NCBI RefSeq assembly: GCF_006345805.1
Contig: NC_043002.1
Span: forward strand, 80,538,001 to 80,602,000
DNA from: Octopus sinensis
Taxonomy: Eukaryota
DNA length: 64,000 bases
Direction of reading: 5' to 3'
The notes under the pieces are model-generated. The model did no database searches. It was not told the origin of the DNA and worked only from the letters and a program-made list of their open reading frames with translations. Below, piece after piece: positions 51,693 through 64,000 of this stretch (within the stretch, counting starts at the first letter, position 1; each line of letters starts with the position of its first letter). Made by a program: the position numbers and the translations under genes.

Positions 51693-51989
51693 TGTGTCAG
51701 TGCATATATGTATGAGTATGTGTGTGAGTGTGTCTGTATGTGTGTCTGTGTGTCGAAAATTTAATTTGCACGCCGAAAAATACTCTAGAAGGTAGATAAG
51801 GATGCATATACATGCACCAATACACACATACTCACACACACTCACACACACTCACACACGCACACAAATACATACACGCATACACACATATTATATATAT
51901 ATACATATACGTATCTATCTTTGTATATGCATATGTGAGTACAGTTCTGCATTTCTGTGCTTGTATTGTACTTAGTATCAGTCTAATAC

Positions 51990-52160
51990 AGTTTGACAAC
52001 CAATTTTGTGTCTACGCCACCTACCGGTTCTGCCTTGAAGATGGATACAATCAATATGAGACTTCAATAAATGTATTGATGTTGACCAGATCAACTAAAC
52101 CCTTCAAGGCGGAGTCTCACCGTGACTGCAGACTAATGATTGAACAAATAAAAAAATGAA
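51990..52160 (+). mobile_element. Old SINE family B tail
   Basis: TTTGACAACC...ACTAAACCCTTCAAGGCGG...GACTGCAG..TAATGATTGAACAAATAAAA. Confidence 0.55.
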
Positions 52161-52540
52161 CACCCCAATGGAATGACATTCTGACCAGAGTAAATCCCCT
52201 TTAGATTTCGAATTAAATTTGTTTGAAATTTTGCGTGGAATTTGTTAAGCGTTTGAAACGATGGCTAAGGATGTGCTAAGAACTGAAGCAAAAGGAGAAC
52301 ACAAAATGAATTTACAAGTAGAATTTGTTTGAATGGTGCTAAATACAAAATAGAGCTAACTGAAGTGATTATGTTATCTCTTTTGTTAATATTCTTGTTT
52401 GTTTTGTATGATAGATATTGATAAGGAGGAAAAACCTGATGGGAACATTCAGCTGAGGACTTATGCCTGTTTGAGTGCTCAGATAACACTCGGCACTCGA
52501 GTAACAAATCTCCACATGCTCACACACATACACACGCACC

Positions 52541-52576
<36 letters not shown>

Positions 52577-52579
52577 CGC

Positions 52580-52614
<35 letters not shown>

Positions 52615-52806
52615 GTGAGGTAGGATGTAATGCTATTTCTAGAGAAGCACTCTGTCCGAATACTGGGCTATCAACTCTGTCGTACACCAGGCCAAAACCG
52701 GAATTCCTCAGATGAAGAAAATCCATAAAGCGGGTTTGGCGAAGAGTAAATAATCCAGATAGGAAGAAGAGAAGAAACTAACTTCTCGACAAATCTTTAA
52801 TGGTTC

Positions 52807-52901
52807 GCTACAATTGTTTCTCTAGCAACTCTATTTGCAATGCCAGTTTACGTAAAAAAATTACGTAATTCTTTAGACATTAGAGCGGCACTTCATCAGG
52901 C
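52807..52901 (-). ncRNA. Type I hammerhead motif with extended helix II
   Basis: GC-CTGATGA-[~75 nt: CTCTA ATGTC..TTACGTAA tttttt TTACGTAA..GGCAT..TAGAG]-GAAA-CAATTG-TA-GC. Confidence 0.6.
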
Positions 52902-53024
52902 TTGTATCAAAGGTGTGCCGTCACATTGTGCGTCTTTCAGAACTTGCATTTGACTTATAGCGGGAGGAATTGTACACACACACACATATATATATATGTG
53001 TGTGTATGTATGTATACAAATATG

Positions 53025-53083
<59 letters not shown>

Positions 53084-53114
53084 TATATATACATATGTAT
53101 GTATATAAATAATA

Positions 53115-53556
53115 TTAGGGTATAAAAAGTATAGAAATTATTATTACCAGTGGCCTAGCGCAAAAAAAATTAGTCAATAGACTATATATTATTCATATAA
53201 AAAATATCGTGTACATTAAAACACATTGAGAGGCTTCCATCATAGGAAAGCCTTGTACTAGAAAGAGCAGTAGAAAACTCAAACCACTAATTAGGGATAA
53301 ATTCTCGAAAGGATTGAAAATTAAAAACATTTACCATCTAATTTAGTTCCTAGACCATGGTTTCTGACTAATTTCAGTATAAAAATATTTACTGAGGCCA
53401 GTCTTCATCAGTAGGTAGCCTTTAGATTTTAAATATACGCACAAAGAGATCCGCATGTAAACTCGTTGCCTTTATATTCTAACTTTTCAAATCCACTGCG
53501 CAGATGCCGTTTAATCCCGACGACAGAGAGGATGCCGGTAAAATTTCGAACAAATC
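53115..53556 (-). mobile_element. (TA)n-flanked non-autonomous element with intact hammerhead
   Basis: Second, rearranged copy at 32588-33090; (TA)n on both sides. Confidence 0.8.
53349..53415 (-). ncRNA. Type I hammerhead ribozyme, canonical core
   Basis: CCTA-CTGATGA-a GACT ggcc TCAGTA aatattttta TACTGA aatt AGTC a-GAAA-CCATGG-TC-TAGG; GUC triplet, palindromic helix III. Confidence 0.8.
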
Positions 53557-53645
53557 GCATATATATATATATATATATGCACATACACATACATACATTC
53601 ATACATACATACATACATACATACATACATACATACATACATACA

Positions 53646-53728
<83 letters not shown>

Positions 53729-53984
53729 CTTCAAGCTTATTCTTTTATTTTGATGATATATGAAGAGAGATAACCAATTTATTGTTGAAACCAGTGAAAA
53801 ATCTGCAGTCTTTTGGGACTCTGGTGCCTGTTCACTGTTTTTCCTTTTCAGTTATTGATGAATTACGAACTTGAGAAAGTATTTTGTAACTAGCTTTCTG
53901 AGAAAGGAAAAACCAAGAACACCAATACTTGCAATAGTCCTAATGATAGTCTGAACGTATTAAGGGCAGTATTTGACATGGCGG

Positions 53985-54500
53985 AGACGAAACCTGATCA
54001 ATGAGGGAAGTCACTCTACGGTTATTTGCTCAGACTATCTCCGAACCCGCTTTTATTAGATACGTTTCACTGGACAATATTGCTTTAAATATACGGAAAC
54101 CCGCTATGTTCATGAAAATCATGCAGCTCATACAATGGTCCTGAGCAGTTTGTAGATGCGTTAGAATATTGGGTCTCATTTGTTGGAGGCGGTCAACACC
54201 ACATAAAAGGATGAAGTTAAAATTGCATTTGAAAATTCTTAGCTTAGACAACTATATCCAGACGCGTATCAACATATCGCGATCCACTGAGTTGAGCGCT
54301 GCTGTTATTTGATGATTAAGGACATCGAAGTTAGTGGGTAGTGATGGAACATAAACGCAATCGTTTACATATCCCCACAACAAAAAGTCACACAAGTTGA
54401 AGTTTGGGAATCTCGCAGGCTAACGACCATCTGGGAGGAGTTCTTTTATCGCATTGATGTTGCCCGTGTTGCACGAGATCAGATTGAACACTTTTAAGAA
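53985..54500. pseudogene. Scrambled Tc1/mariner transposase relic (WPARSPD...CDFFLWGY type)
   Basis: - strand *PARFPNFNLCDFLLWGYVNDCVYVPSLP...QITAALNSVDRDMLIRVW (54245-54427); + strand WEEFFYRIDVARVARDQIEHF* (54432-54497). Confidence 0.7.
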
Positions 54501-54654
54501 AGGCAATAAAAGTTGATTTTTAGTAAATATTTGTGACTTAGCTGGAGTTTTCTATTGCTTTTTCGTGCACATGTATAAGCTTCTGTTATGTGTTTCATTC
54601 ATTATTTAAATTTATTACACCGCTTTTCTCTGAATTCCTATGCAACATTGTAAT

Positions 54655-55025
54655 ATGGAAAGGAATACAAATGCCCAATACAAGTTTCTATTATTGCGTT
54701 GCAATGTAATCTGTACCGTGTAGTGTTGCAAGATCTGCAGTTTATGCTATATTACAGATAATTTCCGAAAATTATTTGTATGTTAATGTCATCGAACGTC
54801 ATTAAAGAGCACTGAATGATCATGAACGAGATTTGGGACAAGATTTCGTAGAAAATCTATTAGTTCAATCGTTGTGAAAAGTGCAAAGTCTGACGTCTCA
54901 GTCAGCAACACATGCTTCAACCGGACAAATATTCTTTCCTTTTCTCATGACAATTAAATTATCGGTGTTATATGCGATCTACTTTAGAGTAATACTTGAC
55001 GACGCTTGATCTCACAAATTTTCTT
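54655..55025 (-). pseudogene. Possible Helitron Pif1-helicase relic
   Basis: Degenerate HGTDY/RLHCNAIIETC and DDINIQI stretches reminiscent of LCNGTRL...NVIEA; heavily decayed. Confidence 0.3.
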
Positions 55026-55127
55026 GTATTCAGTACTACAACTCTGATGAAAGAATATTGTTAAAATACTTCCATTCACGAACTTGCCAACTCCTCAAGC
55101 TCTCTTTCTTGACATCTTCACAGAGTT

Positions 55128-55360
55128 TGGTGGTGAGCTGGCAGAATCGTTAGCACGCCGGGCGAAATGCATAGCCGTATTTCGTCTGCCGTTACGTTCT
55201 GAGTTCAAACTCCACCGAGGTCGACTTTGCCTTTCATCCTTTCGGGGTCGATAAATTAAGTACCAGTTACGCACTGGGGTCGATATAATCGACTTAATAC
55301 CTATGTCTGTCATGTTTGTACCCTCTATGTTTAGCCCCTTGTGGATAATAAAGAAATAGG
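55128..55360 (+). mobile_element. SINE family A, full length (tail variant 2)
   Basis: GGTGAGCTGGCAGAATCGTTAGCACGCCGGGCG...GAGGTCGACTTTGCCTTTCATCCTTTCGGGGTCGATAAATTAAGTACCAG...TTTAGCCCCTTGTGGATAATAAAGAAATAGG. Confidence 0.9.
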
Positions 55361-56306
55361 TTTGATGAGGATGAGATATGAACACTCGCACGCGCACGCT
55401 CGATCGATCGATCGATCGAGAGAGAGAGAGATCTAAAGAGACTGAGAGGTAAAGAGAGAAAAAGGGAGCTAGAGAAAGAGAGTGCTTCACTTTTGCCTGA
55501 ATTCAAATAAGCTATAAAGATTTTAATTCTATGTGTATCACTGTTCGTGTCTATCATGGCCGCAGTCCTATTACTGAAAGTATAAGGACAATAAGAGAGT
55601 GAAAAAATATACTTTTATGTAGGCATTTGTTATGAATTCGTTAATAGCGACGGAGTATAATAAGTTCAGAATAGAATTCTGTATATATTTCTTAACGATG
55701 ATATAACGCAGGAAGTTAGAAGACTATCGTATTCTTCTTGTGAAACTGTCTTCTTTCTAAACGTCTGTTTCTAAAAAGAAATTATAAGTTAAACGGTGGT
55801 AGACGAAAATCGTCCAGTGAGTATGGAGGAATTGTTAGGTCTAGATTTCTACATGTTTGTGCGACGCTAGTAGCAAGTGTCCATAATCACACAGCATGTA
55901 GGAAGTATTCATTATCACACACGCAGACACACACGTGTGCGCACACACACATACGTGCATATATTTATATATATGGATGGATGAATATATGTATATATGT
56001 ATAAATATATATATATATGTATAAAAATATACATATCTATGAATGTATGTATACATATATGTACATTTATGTATATATATATATATATATATACATATGA
56101 GTGTATGTATGTATATACATACACGCACACAAACACACACACATATATATATATAACTGATATGATCAATTGAGCCAGTATTGAATTCCAGTAGCCATTT
56201 AAGTATTACACTGAATGTATACACACCATCAATTGGCCACTTGCTGCGGTATACGTCCTGATATGATATCTCTTATGGCGTTGTGTTAAAATCTCGCAGC
56301 CAGGCG

Positions 56307-56403
<97 letters not shown>

Positions 56404-57109
56404 ATATATATCATCCACTCCATCTCACTCTCGCACTCACTTCCTCTCTCTTGTTTGTGCGTGTATGAAATTTGTAATCTGCTAATAATTTCCTGTTATC
56501 AATATAAATGTGTATAGAAGTGTACATTCATTAAGCTTTCCTTAAAAGAAAACAAACAGAATGGTAAGCAATAGCCGCTCCTTCATTTATTGCATTAGTT
56601 ACTTTTGTTATTTAGAAAATATGATATGCATTTAGCTTTATTACTAAGGATGTTAAGCTACGTTTCTAGAAAACTGCCATTACTTCACATTATATTATCA
56701 CGATCTAATCGACCTTATTCACCTCGGGCAGCTCGTGTTAATAAAATGGATCAAGCCTTTTATTTTACACCGAAAGCGTATGAGATACACGCATACATAA
56801 CTATATATATCGACGATTATGAGTATTCAGCATTTATTTCACATTGTTGATGCGATTGCCTTTAATATAATATATTTGATAGTTATCATATTTCTTGTAT
56901 TGAGAAACCATAGTTTGGGAAGTATTAGGTTAAGGCTTAGTTTTATTAAATACAATACCGATACATTGGCCATAGGTAGCATGTGTTAATATGAAAAGCG
57001 TTCATTTAGCTTACGAGAGAATATATGGGCGAAAATATATTTTTATAGGCTGAATGCGCACAGATTACTTTTCAACCGCCATTACGATATTTGTTCCATT
57101 TGCTTAAAA

Positions 57110-57240
57110 CATTATTATTATCATTTTTATTATTATTATTATTATTGTTATTATTATTTTCATTATCATCATCATCCTCGTCATCGTCATCATCATCATC
57201 ATCATTATTATAATTATTATTATTATCTTTATTATTACTA

Positions 57241-57305
<65 letters not shown>

Positions 57306-57323
57306 TGTTGTTGTTGTTGTTGC

Positions 57324-57356
<33 letters not shown>

Positions 57357-57373
57357 GGTTGTTATTATTATTA

Positions 57374-57422
<49 letters not shown>

Positions 57423-57442
57423 CATTATTATTATTATTATTT
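57110..57442. repeat. (ATT)n/(CAT)n/(GTT)n tract
   Basis: Direct trinucleotide repeats. Confidence 0.95.
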
Positions 57443-57934
57443 TAGTAACTCTCTAATTCATACAATGCAAGGTACAAAATGTAATCTATATAATTCTTGG
57501 CTGCTCATTTTCGTTTGAAGTAGACATTGTCGTTTCTAATTGTAGCTTCATAGTGTGCCAAAGCAGTGTATTGGATTTTCCCAATCAAATAACACCCAAG
57601 ATTGTTTGAAACATTATTAGTTTTGTTTTGTGGAATATGAAATTGTAACGAATAGGTGCGTTCTCTCTCTGTTTATCACCAGATTTACAACTCTGTTGTT
57701 GCTATAGAATTGTATTTCGCTTAAACATTTTCTTTTCTCGCCTGCTCATTATTACAAAATTCCTGATATGATATATTGCAGTATTACCGAAGCATTGGGT
57801 GATCCGTTGATAATACAATATTGCTGACATATCTTCTAATTTGCGAGCGAAACTATCAGATATGATAATTCATTTTGTTGGCCAAATCCCATCTGAATGT
57901 CCATAGAGAATGTAATAATCAAGCTTGTATTAAT

Positions 57935-58135
57935 ATTGATTTCAAAACTTTGGCACAATGCCAAAAGATATTTTTAGTAATGTCGATTTAATCGACCTCA
58001 ATACAAGACGGACGCTAATTTTTATCTACCTCAGCATTATACAAATTAACATCGAACTCGATACGATTCGAACGTACGCTGAAGGATGGAACGATCTTCA
58101 GCCAAATATTTTGCTTTTAGTCAGGCTCCTAAATT
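57935..58135 (-). mobile_element. Old SINE family A copy
   Basis: ATTGATTTCAAAACTTTGGCACAATG...GTCGATTTAATCGACCTCA, similar to 35265-35400. Confidence 0.55.
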
Positions 58136-58242
58136 TCCGAGCAAATATAACACTTCGTCAGAGTTAATTCTTTTTGTAGAACAATATTAACAGGTTGCTG
58201 CATTAAATGTTCTTCACTGACACTACTGCAGATGCTGCTGTT

Positions 58243-58710
58243 GTCTTCTTCTTCCTCTTCTAATTAGGACTCAAGCCATTTACTACAAAGAATAATCTAT
58301 AATTCGAGCCTACACTAAGCCACTAAGAATGCGTGCGGTAACTTGAAGATCCACCAACCACACGCGATAGAGTGGTGGTTGCACGGGCGCGAAAGCTACG
58401 TTGTTATCCTCATTCCGTAAACGGTGCCTTTTAACGGGTGGAGAGCTGAACCATCCTGGGGTACAAGGGATTCGCAATCTAGACTAGGGTCTGAAAGTTT
58501 ACTACACCATAGTGGGTTACACCATGGTTCCTCTGCTATGACGTAGCAGTAGGAAGCGAGGGTCAGTGAAAATTGTGGCGAAAGAGTACAGTCTCGTGGA
58601 GCTTATGCGTTTTTTGCTCAATAAACACTCACAATGCCCGGTCTGAGTATCGAAACCGCGTTCTTACGACCGCGAGTCCACTGCCCTAACCACTCGACCA
58701 TTGCGCCTCC
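58243..58710 (-). mobile_element. SINE family C, long-tail form
   Basis: Head begins GGAGGCGCAATGG at 58710; tail matches 34690-34960; GAA-type end. Confidence 0.9.
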
Positions 58711-59653
58711 AATGCCACTGCTGCTGTTGTTGTTGTTGTTGTTGTTGTTGTGTAGCTTGAGAAAATCTGTGGTCAAATACTCACGAATATAATATATTTA
58801 ACCAGGTATCGAATCCTACATCATCGGAGGCACTTTGTATTGAAGAACGCAACTTAAAAAAGCACTTGTTTGCTTTTTCCTATAGGTTGAGGGACCAACC
58901 AGATGCACTCCCTTGTTATATCATCTGATCAACCCGTAAAATTTTATGTTACATAAGAAGAGTTGGTTAAGTCCATCCTTATGGTTCATGAACACCAGAC
59001 GTATGGGCAATGAATGTTTCGTATTGTTATTGACAAATATCAGAAACTTAATGCGGAAAGGGCTCTAAAACGTAGACTGTCGCGAGATAGCATTGAAACG
59101 GGATATCCAACGGTTCAATAGATAACGGACTAAATTCATCAATGTCACATGTATTGAGTTTACATTCAATGAAACACTAAGCTTTTTTTGAGGAGGGGCA
59201 AAATGAAAGGGTAACAAAACACATTAATCTTTCTATGTTATAAATATTATGCAATAAACACTTACACACGCACACATACACACGCATATAAACACACGCA
59301 CACTTACACACGCATATGTATGTATTTATATACGCGCAATCATAGCCACACGCACATACGTATGCTTATGTTTATACGCGTATTTATATGTGTATATACA
59401 TATGCACACAATTATATACACATATTTTCATATATGTCTTGTCTGTATGTGCGTGAGTGCGTATGTATATGTTTGTATATATGTATGTTTGCGCACATGC
59501 GTGTATGTATAAACAGCGTGTCGCTCTATATCATGTCTACTCTTTGATGTCTTTATGTACGCCAAATTTTCTTTCATTTTTACGTGCTCGAGTAGTAAAT
59601 ATTATTAGCAAAAAATTGTTAATAAAAAAATATTAATTCACAAAAAAGAGTTC

Positions 59654-59716
<63 letters not shown>

Positions 59717-60399
59717 CATCATCATCATTTAATTCACTTCAAATTCAATTCATTTTTTTTATTATATATATTCACGGGTTGACATGTCATTCGAAGGCGT
59801 AAGCTAATAGAGTCTGTGAGTGACATCTTACAGGTTTAACATGCAAGAAGCGAGTAGATAAAAAGATATATAAAAGCGTTGAACAATGAATAAGCTATAG
59901 CCGTGTCAAAGTTGTCTTTTGATCGAGTCATTATAAATAAACCAACCATGTTCTACAAAACGCAATGCGGAATACCGGAAAAAAAGGAGAAGCTTTTGTA
60001 TCGCGGGAGACATAGCGCTGCCAGGTACGTTTGCAACTTATCTGTTTGCACCTATATATTCATTGATCCAACTGCATTGATTGTAATCGGGTATGTTGTT
60101 GCTTATTCCCGCCATTTGTCAATTTCAATTTCTATACAGCCATTCGTGGTAAATTTGATAGACTACTTCATGCGGACGTAGTTATTATTTGTTGTGAACG
60201 ACCACGTTTCACAGCATTTCGCGTAGAAGCTATTTATTAACAACGTCTTGCGAGAAAAAGTTTCTTTATTTTCTTGCTGTTTTTTAGTACTAAAAGACTT
60301 CTGAATATCTGAATATTTTCATCATTACCAGGCTAGAGAAACTGTTTTACCTATTTTAGTTAAATACTTATTCGCAATATTTATACATAGTAGGCCTAT

Positions 60400-60595
60400 G
60401 TGTAAATTGGCTGTGCGGTAAGTAGCCTGCTTACCAAACACATGGTTCCGGGTTCAGTCCCACTGTGTGGCACCCTGGACAAGTGTCTTCTACTATAGCC
60501 TCGGGCCGACCAAAGCCTTATGAGTGGATTTGGTAGACGGAAACTGAAAGAAGCCCGTCGTATATATGTATATTTATGTGTGAGTATATATGTAT

Positions 60596-60686
<91 letters not shown>

Positions 60687-60893
60687 CTGTTTGTGTGTCT
60701 GTGTTTGTCTTCCCCAACATCGTTTGACAACCGATGCTGGTGTGTTTACGTCCCCGTAACTTAGCGGTTCGGCAAAAGAGACCGATAGAATAAGTAGTAG
60801 GCTTACAAAGAATAAGTCCTGGGGTCGATTTGCTCGACTAAAGGCGGTGCTCCAGCATGGCCCCAGTCAAATGACTGAAACAAGTAAAAGAGT
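60400..60893 (+). mobile_element. SINE family B, full length (tRNA head, CORE-like segment, internal (TA)/(TG)n, 3' tail)
   Basis: TGGCTGTGCGG A-box, GGGTTCAGTCCC B-box, CCCTGGACAAGTGTCTTCTACTATAGCCTCGG, tail ending TGACTGAAACAAGTAAAAGAG. Confidence 0.9.
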
Positions 60894-61299
60894 ATACATT
60901 AAGATGAAAAAAACAACAAAGTACTCAGAAGGAATTCAAAGGTAGCGTAATCCAAAGAGAGAATAAGGAAATCCATGAATCAGGTGCTCCAAAATCAGTG
61001 AAGATGACTGCCTCAGATGAGTGTAGAAAAGAGTTCTAACTCCAGTGGGGTAGATGAAATTGTAATATAAACAAACAAATCCCCAAACGAAAAGGAAATC
61101 ATACACAGAGAGAAGTTGTACAATGAAAACAAAAAACAAAAACAAAAACAAAAAATAAGGTAAAGCGTTGGAAACATCTGTCTGAATAGATAAGATAGTA
61201 AAAACGTCAACAATTACATCGTCTGAATAGATTCGAGCTAGATCATGGAAGACATGAATAGATACTTTATGTAACTTACGACAGTGCATCCACAGCCGA

Positions 61300-61840
61300 A
61301 CAATGAATCCACTCACAAGGCTTTGGCCGGCTCGAGGCTATAGTAGAAGGCACTTGCCCAATCTGCCACGCTGTGGGACTGAACCCGGAGCCATGTGGTT
61401 CGTATGCAAGCTACTTACCACACAGCCACTCCTACATAATTATTTCTAATTGATATTGTTTCACTTGTTTCAGTCATTTGACTGCGGCCATGCTGGAGCA
61501 CCGCCTTGAGGGGTTTTAGTCGAACAAATCACTTATTCTATCGGTCTATTTTGTTGGACCATTAAAGTTACGGGGACGTAAATATATGAACACCGATTGT
61601 CAAGCGGAGACGGGGTTGGAGGGTGACAGACACAGACACACAGAACCACACACAAACACACACACATAAATATACGACGAGCTTTTTTCAGGCTTCTTTC
61701 AGTTTCCGTCGACCAAATCCACCCACGCGGCTTTGGTCGTCGGGAGGCTAGTGTAGAACACACTTGCCCAAGATGCCACACATAGGGACAAACTCAGAAC
61801 CATGTGGTTGGGAAGCAAGCTGCTTACCACACAGCCACAG
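61300..61840 (-). mobile_element. Two adjacent SINE family B copies (head 61300-61435; near-full 61455-61840)
   Basis: Reverse complement matches to 60400-60893. Confidence 0.85.
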
Positions 61841-64000
61841 ATAACTTCCATATTTCATTGAAAAATTAGGTGGAGAGGTTTTTGCTGATGTATTGCAGAA
61901 CGCATATTTTATTTAGCTGGAATAGAGTTTAGTGAAGTGTAAATCTGCGTTCTATGGCCGAAGACGAGGCAGGAGATAATGTAGATTTAATGGTTCGATT
62001 ACCTGTTCATGAGTCTCAGTAACTTTCGAATCGCGGTCAGGGATAATGCTTTGGTTTGGTTTTAGTTTTACAAAAACGTATAAATATGTGGTGGGTGCAA
62101 AGATGTTCTAGAATGATGTGATCAGAGTGGATCCGCATGGACATCTACATTCTAAAGAAACTCAGAGGCCACTAGATTATCTTGGAGTTAGTTGCATCGC
62201 ACTGAGCTTGTGGATATAAGATCAATCAAGCTTGATTCGAATGCATAAGGTCAAGTAATAACACGTGCGTTAGTAAAACCGACTCGGGGGCTTTCTGCAC
62301 GGATGGCGCGAGAAAGGCAAAGAAAAACGTGAGTGATAGTAGCAGAGGCAACAAAACCGAAAACAGCAACCCTTTGGCTACTGGTATTATTTTTTTTAAC
62401 AGCTCCTGGTATAGCTGGAAGAGAAACAGTCAAAAATTGTCAGATCACCGATGCCATTTCTAGTATCTAGCTACATCCGAGAATCCATGAGAACTCTTCC
62501 TTCATCACAGGACCGGATAGGAGCTGCGAGCAGTGGTACAACCGTCACCTTGCTGTAAAAGGTAGCCGTTGAAGATTGAAGAAAGGTAGAAAGGTAGAAA
62601 GAAAGTACAAAGTAAAGAAAATGAGGTCAAACAGAAAATTCTAAAAAGCATTGGTTGCACCACTGACTGAAGATATTTGTGTCTTGAATATGTGTAATAT
62701 TATGCCTGTTTTGTTCTTTCTATTGTATTCAAATATTCATTGTTTTCAGCATAATATGTATGCTATGCTTAATGTATTGTGCGTATTTTTAAGTACTGAG
62801 GTTTAAGTTATGTTTTTGAATCCGTATTATTTTGTACAAATCTTAAGGCCCCTTTGATTATGGCAATTGTTTGGTTTCAGCACCAACATTGGGATTCCCA
62901 TCTTTTCCGTATCTATATTCATTTTTTCATTCCTTTTAAAGGGGCATTATCGTCTGGAGTTAACTAATAGAAGAACTAATATAAATGACTGTAAAACAAT
63001 ATCGTAACCATGGAACTTATCGTTCGATTAAAAGACCGTCCATTTCTTGGTGAAGCTTTTTACAAATATTGAGCTTATCAGCTTTAATATTGCTGTCTTT
63101 GTGAATCGGAACAACCAAAAAGCATGGCTATGAATGTGTGTGTGCATGAGCACGCGCGTGCGTATGTGCGTGTGCGTATGTGTGTGTGTGTGGTTATATT
63201 ATCTCTTTTTTTATGGTACTTCATAACGCAGACAAAAATTCCAATATACGAAAGCCCCTCTTCTGTCACACCAATGGTTGAATTGTCTTTTAACTAAACC
63301 ACAGTCAGTCCCCTTAAGTGGTTTTATTTTCTCAAACCGCTACATAGCCTGCAGTTATTTATAGTTGTCTGCTCCATTACGTATTCTTTGTGTGTGTGCA
63401 AACGTTTTGTTTCTCTCCGTTCTGTAGCATCATTGTATTTCATCTGTGTTCTGCGCTTTTTAGTCGGTTTTTACAAATATTCTTCGTGAATTGCTAACAG
63501 TTCATTTTTCTCAAATATTGTCCATTTAAGGGCTTCTCTTACCACCTGTTTAGCATGAGATTCTATTGCTTCATTTTCAGATTGGTTTCTACCTTATTCA
63601 TAATTTCTTTTTATATTCCATCTTTTTCTCCTGGAAATTCCGGTCAATTTAGCTTCTGTATCATTTGGCTTCTTGACTATAGCTTTTGTTTATTTCTTAT
63701 TACAAATGCTTTGCAGTTCTACAGTGGAGATTTTACATTTTTCTTTTGTTGTAATAGCACCAGCCCTTACTTCTTTACATTATTGGGAAATATATGTTTA
63801 AATCAGTTAGAGAGAAGAGTAGTCTAAAAGCCATCGGACTTCCCTTGTTTGACTGTTTTGTCTGTGCTAATTCGTTTTGCGTTTAATTGAAAATATAACA
63901 ATAATTCATTATTAGATCAGCTAGAGATTCTATTACCTTGTATTATTTACGTTTAATTATGTTTTAAGTTTTAGTCTAACAAGTCTATAATGCTTCTGTT

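Noticed and set aside
55040-55090. CTGATGA motif
   Set aside because: No GAAA with helix III or helix I
58105-58147. CTGACGA...GAAA on - strand
   Set aside because: No helix III or NUH; overlaps a decayed SINE head
61930-62520. GC-richer stretch, possibly a LINE endonuclease relic
   Set aside because: No ordered, convincing motifs found by eye; needs a translated search
63380-63850. Purine-rich - strand stretch resembling a decayed transposase N-terminus
   Set aside because: Several stops and no diagnostic motif; family not assignable

Overview
AT-rich, microsatellite-saturated animal non-coding DNA with no intact protein-coding gene. The tRNA-derived SINE repertoire resembles that of octopus/coleoid cephalopods (inference from family resemblance, not a search). 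Almost every ORF in the track is translated simple repeat. The rest is decayed mobile DNA: two near-full maT/DD37D-type Tc1/mariner elements, a Tigger/pogo relic, mariner and hAT-type non-autonomous elements, R4/Dong-like LINE pieces in (AAT)n tracts, a Penelope-like RT fragment, about four SINE families and a near-identical 1.6 kb tandem duplication bounded by (GA)n. The most notable signal is a set of about nine mutually unrelated type I hammerhead-ribozyme (HHR) motifs in short, mostly (TA)n-flanked elements. Three families form head-to-head foldbacks with an HHR in each arm, one has a compensatory U3-A8 core, and one is split by an inversion inside the ribozyme. HHRs in Penelope-like elements are established; their diversity and architecture here were read by eye and need computational and biochemical confirmation.
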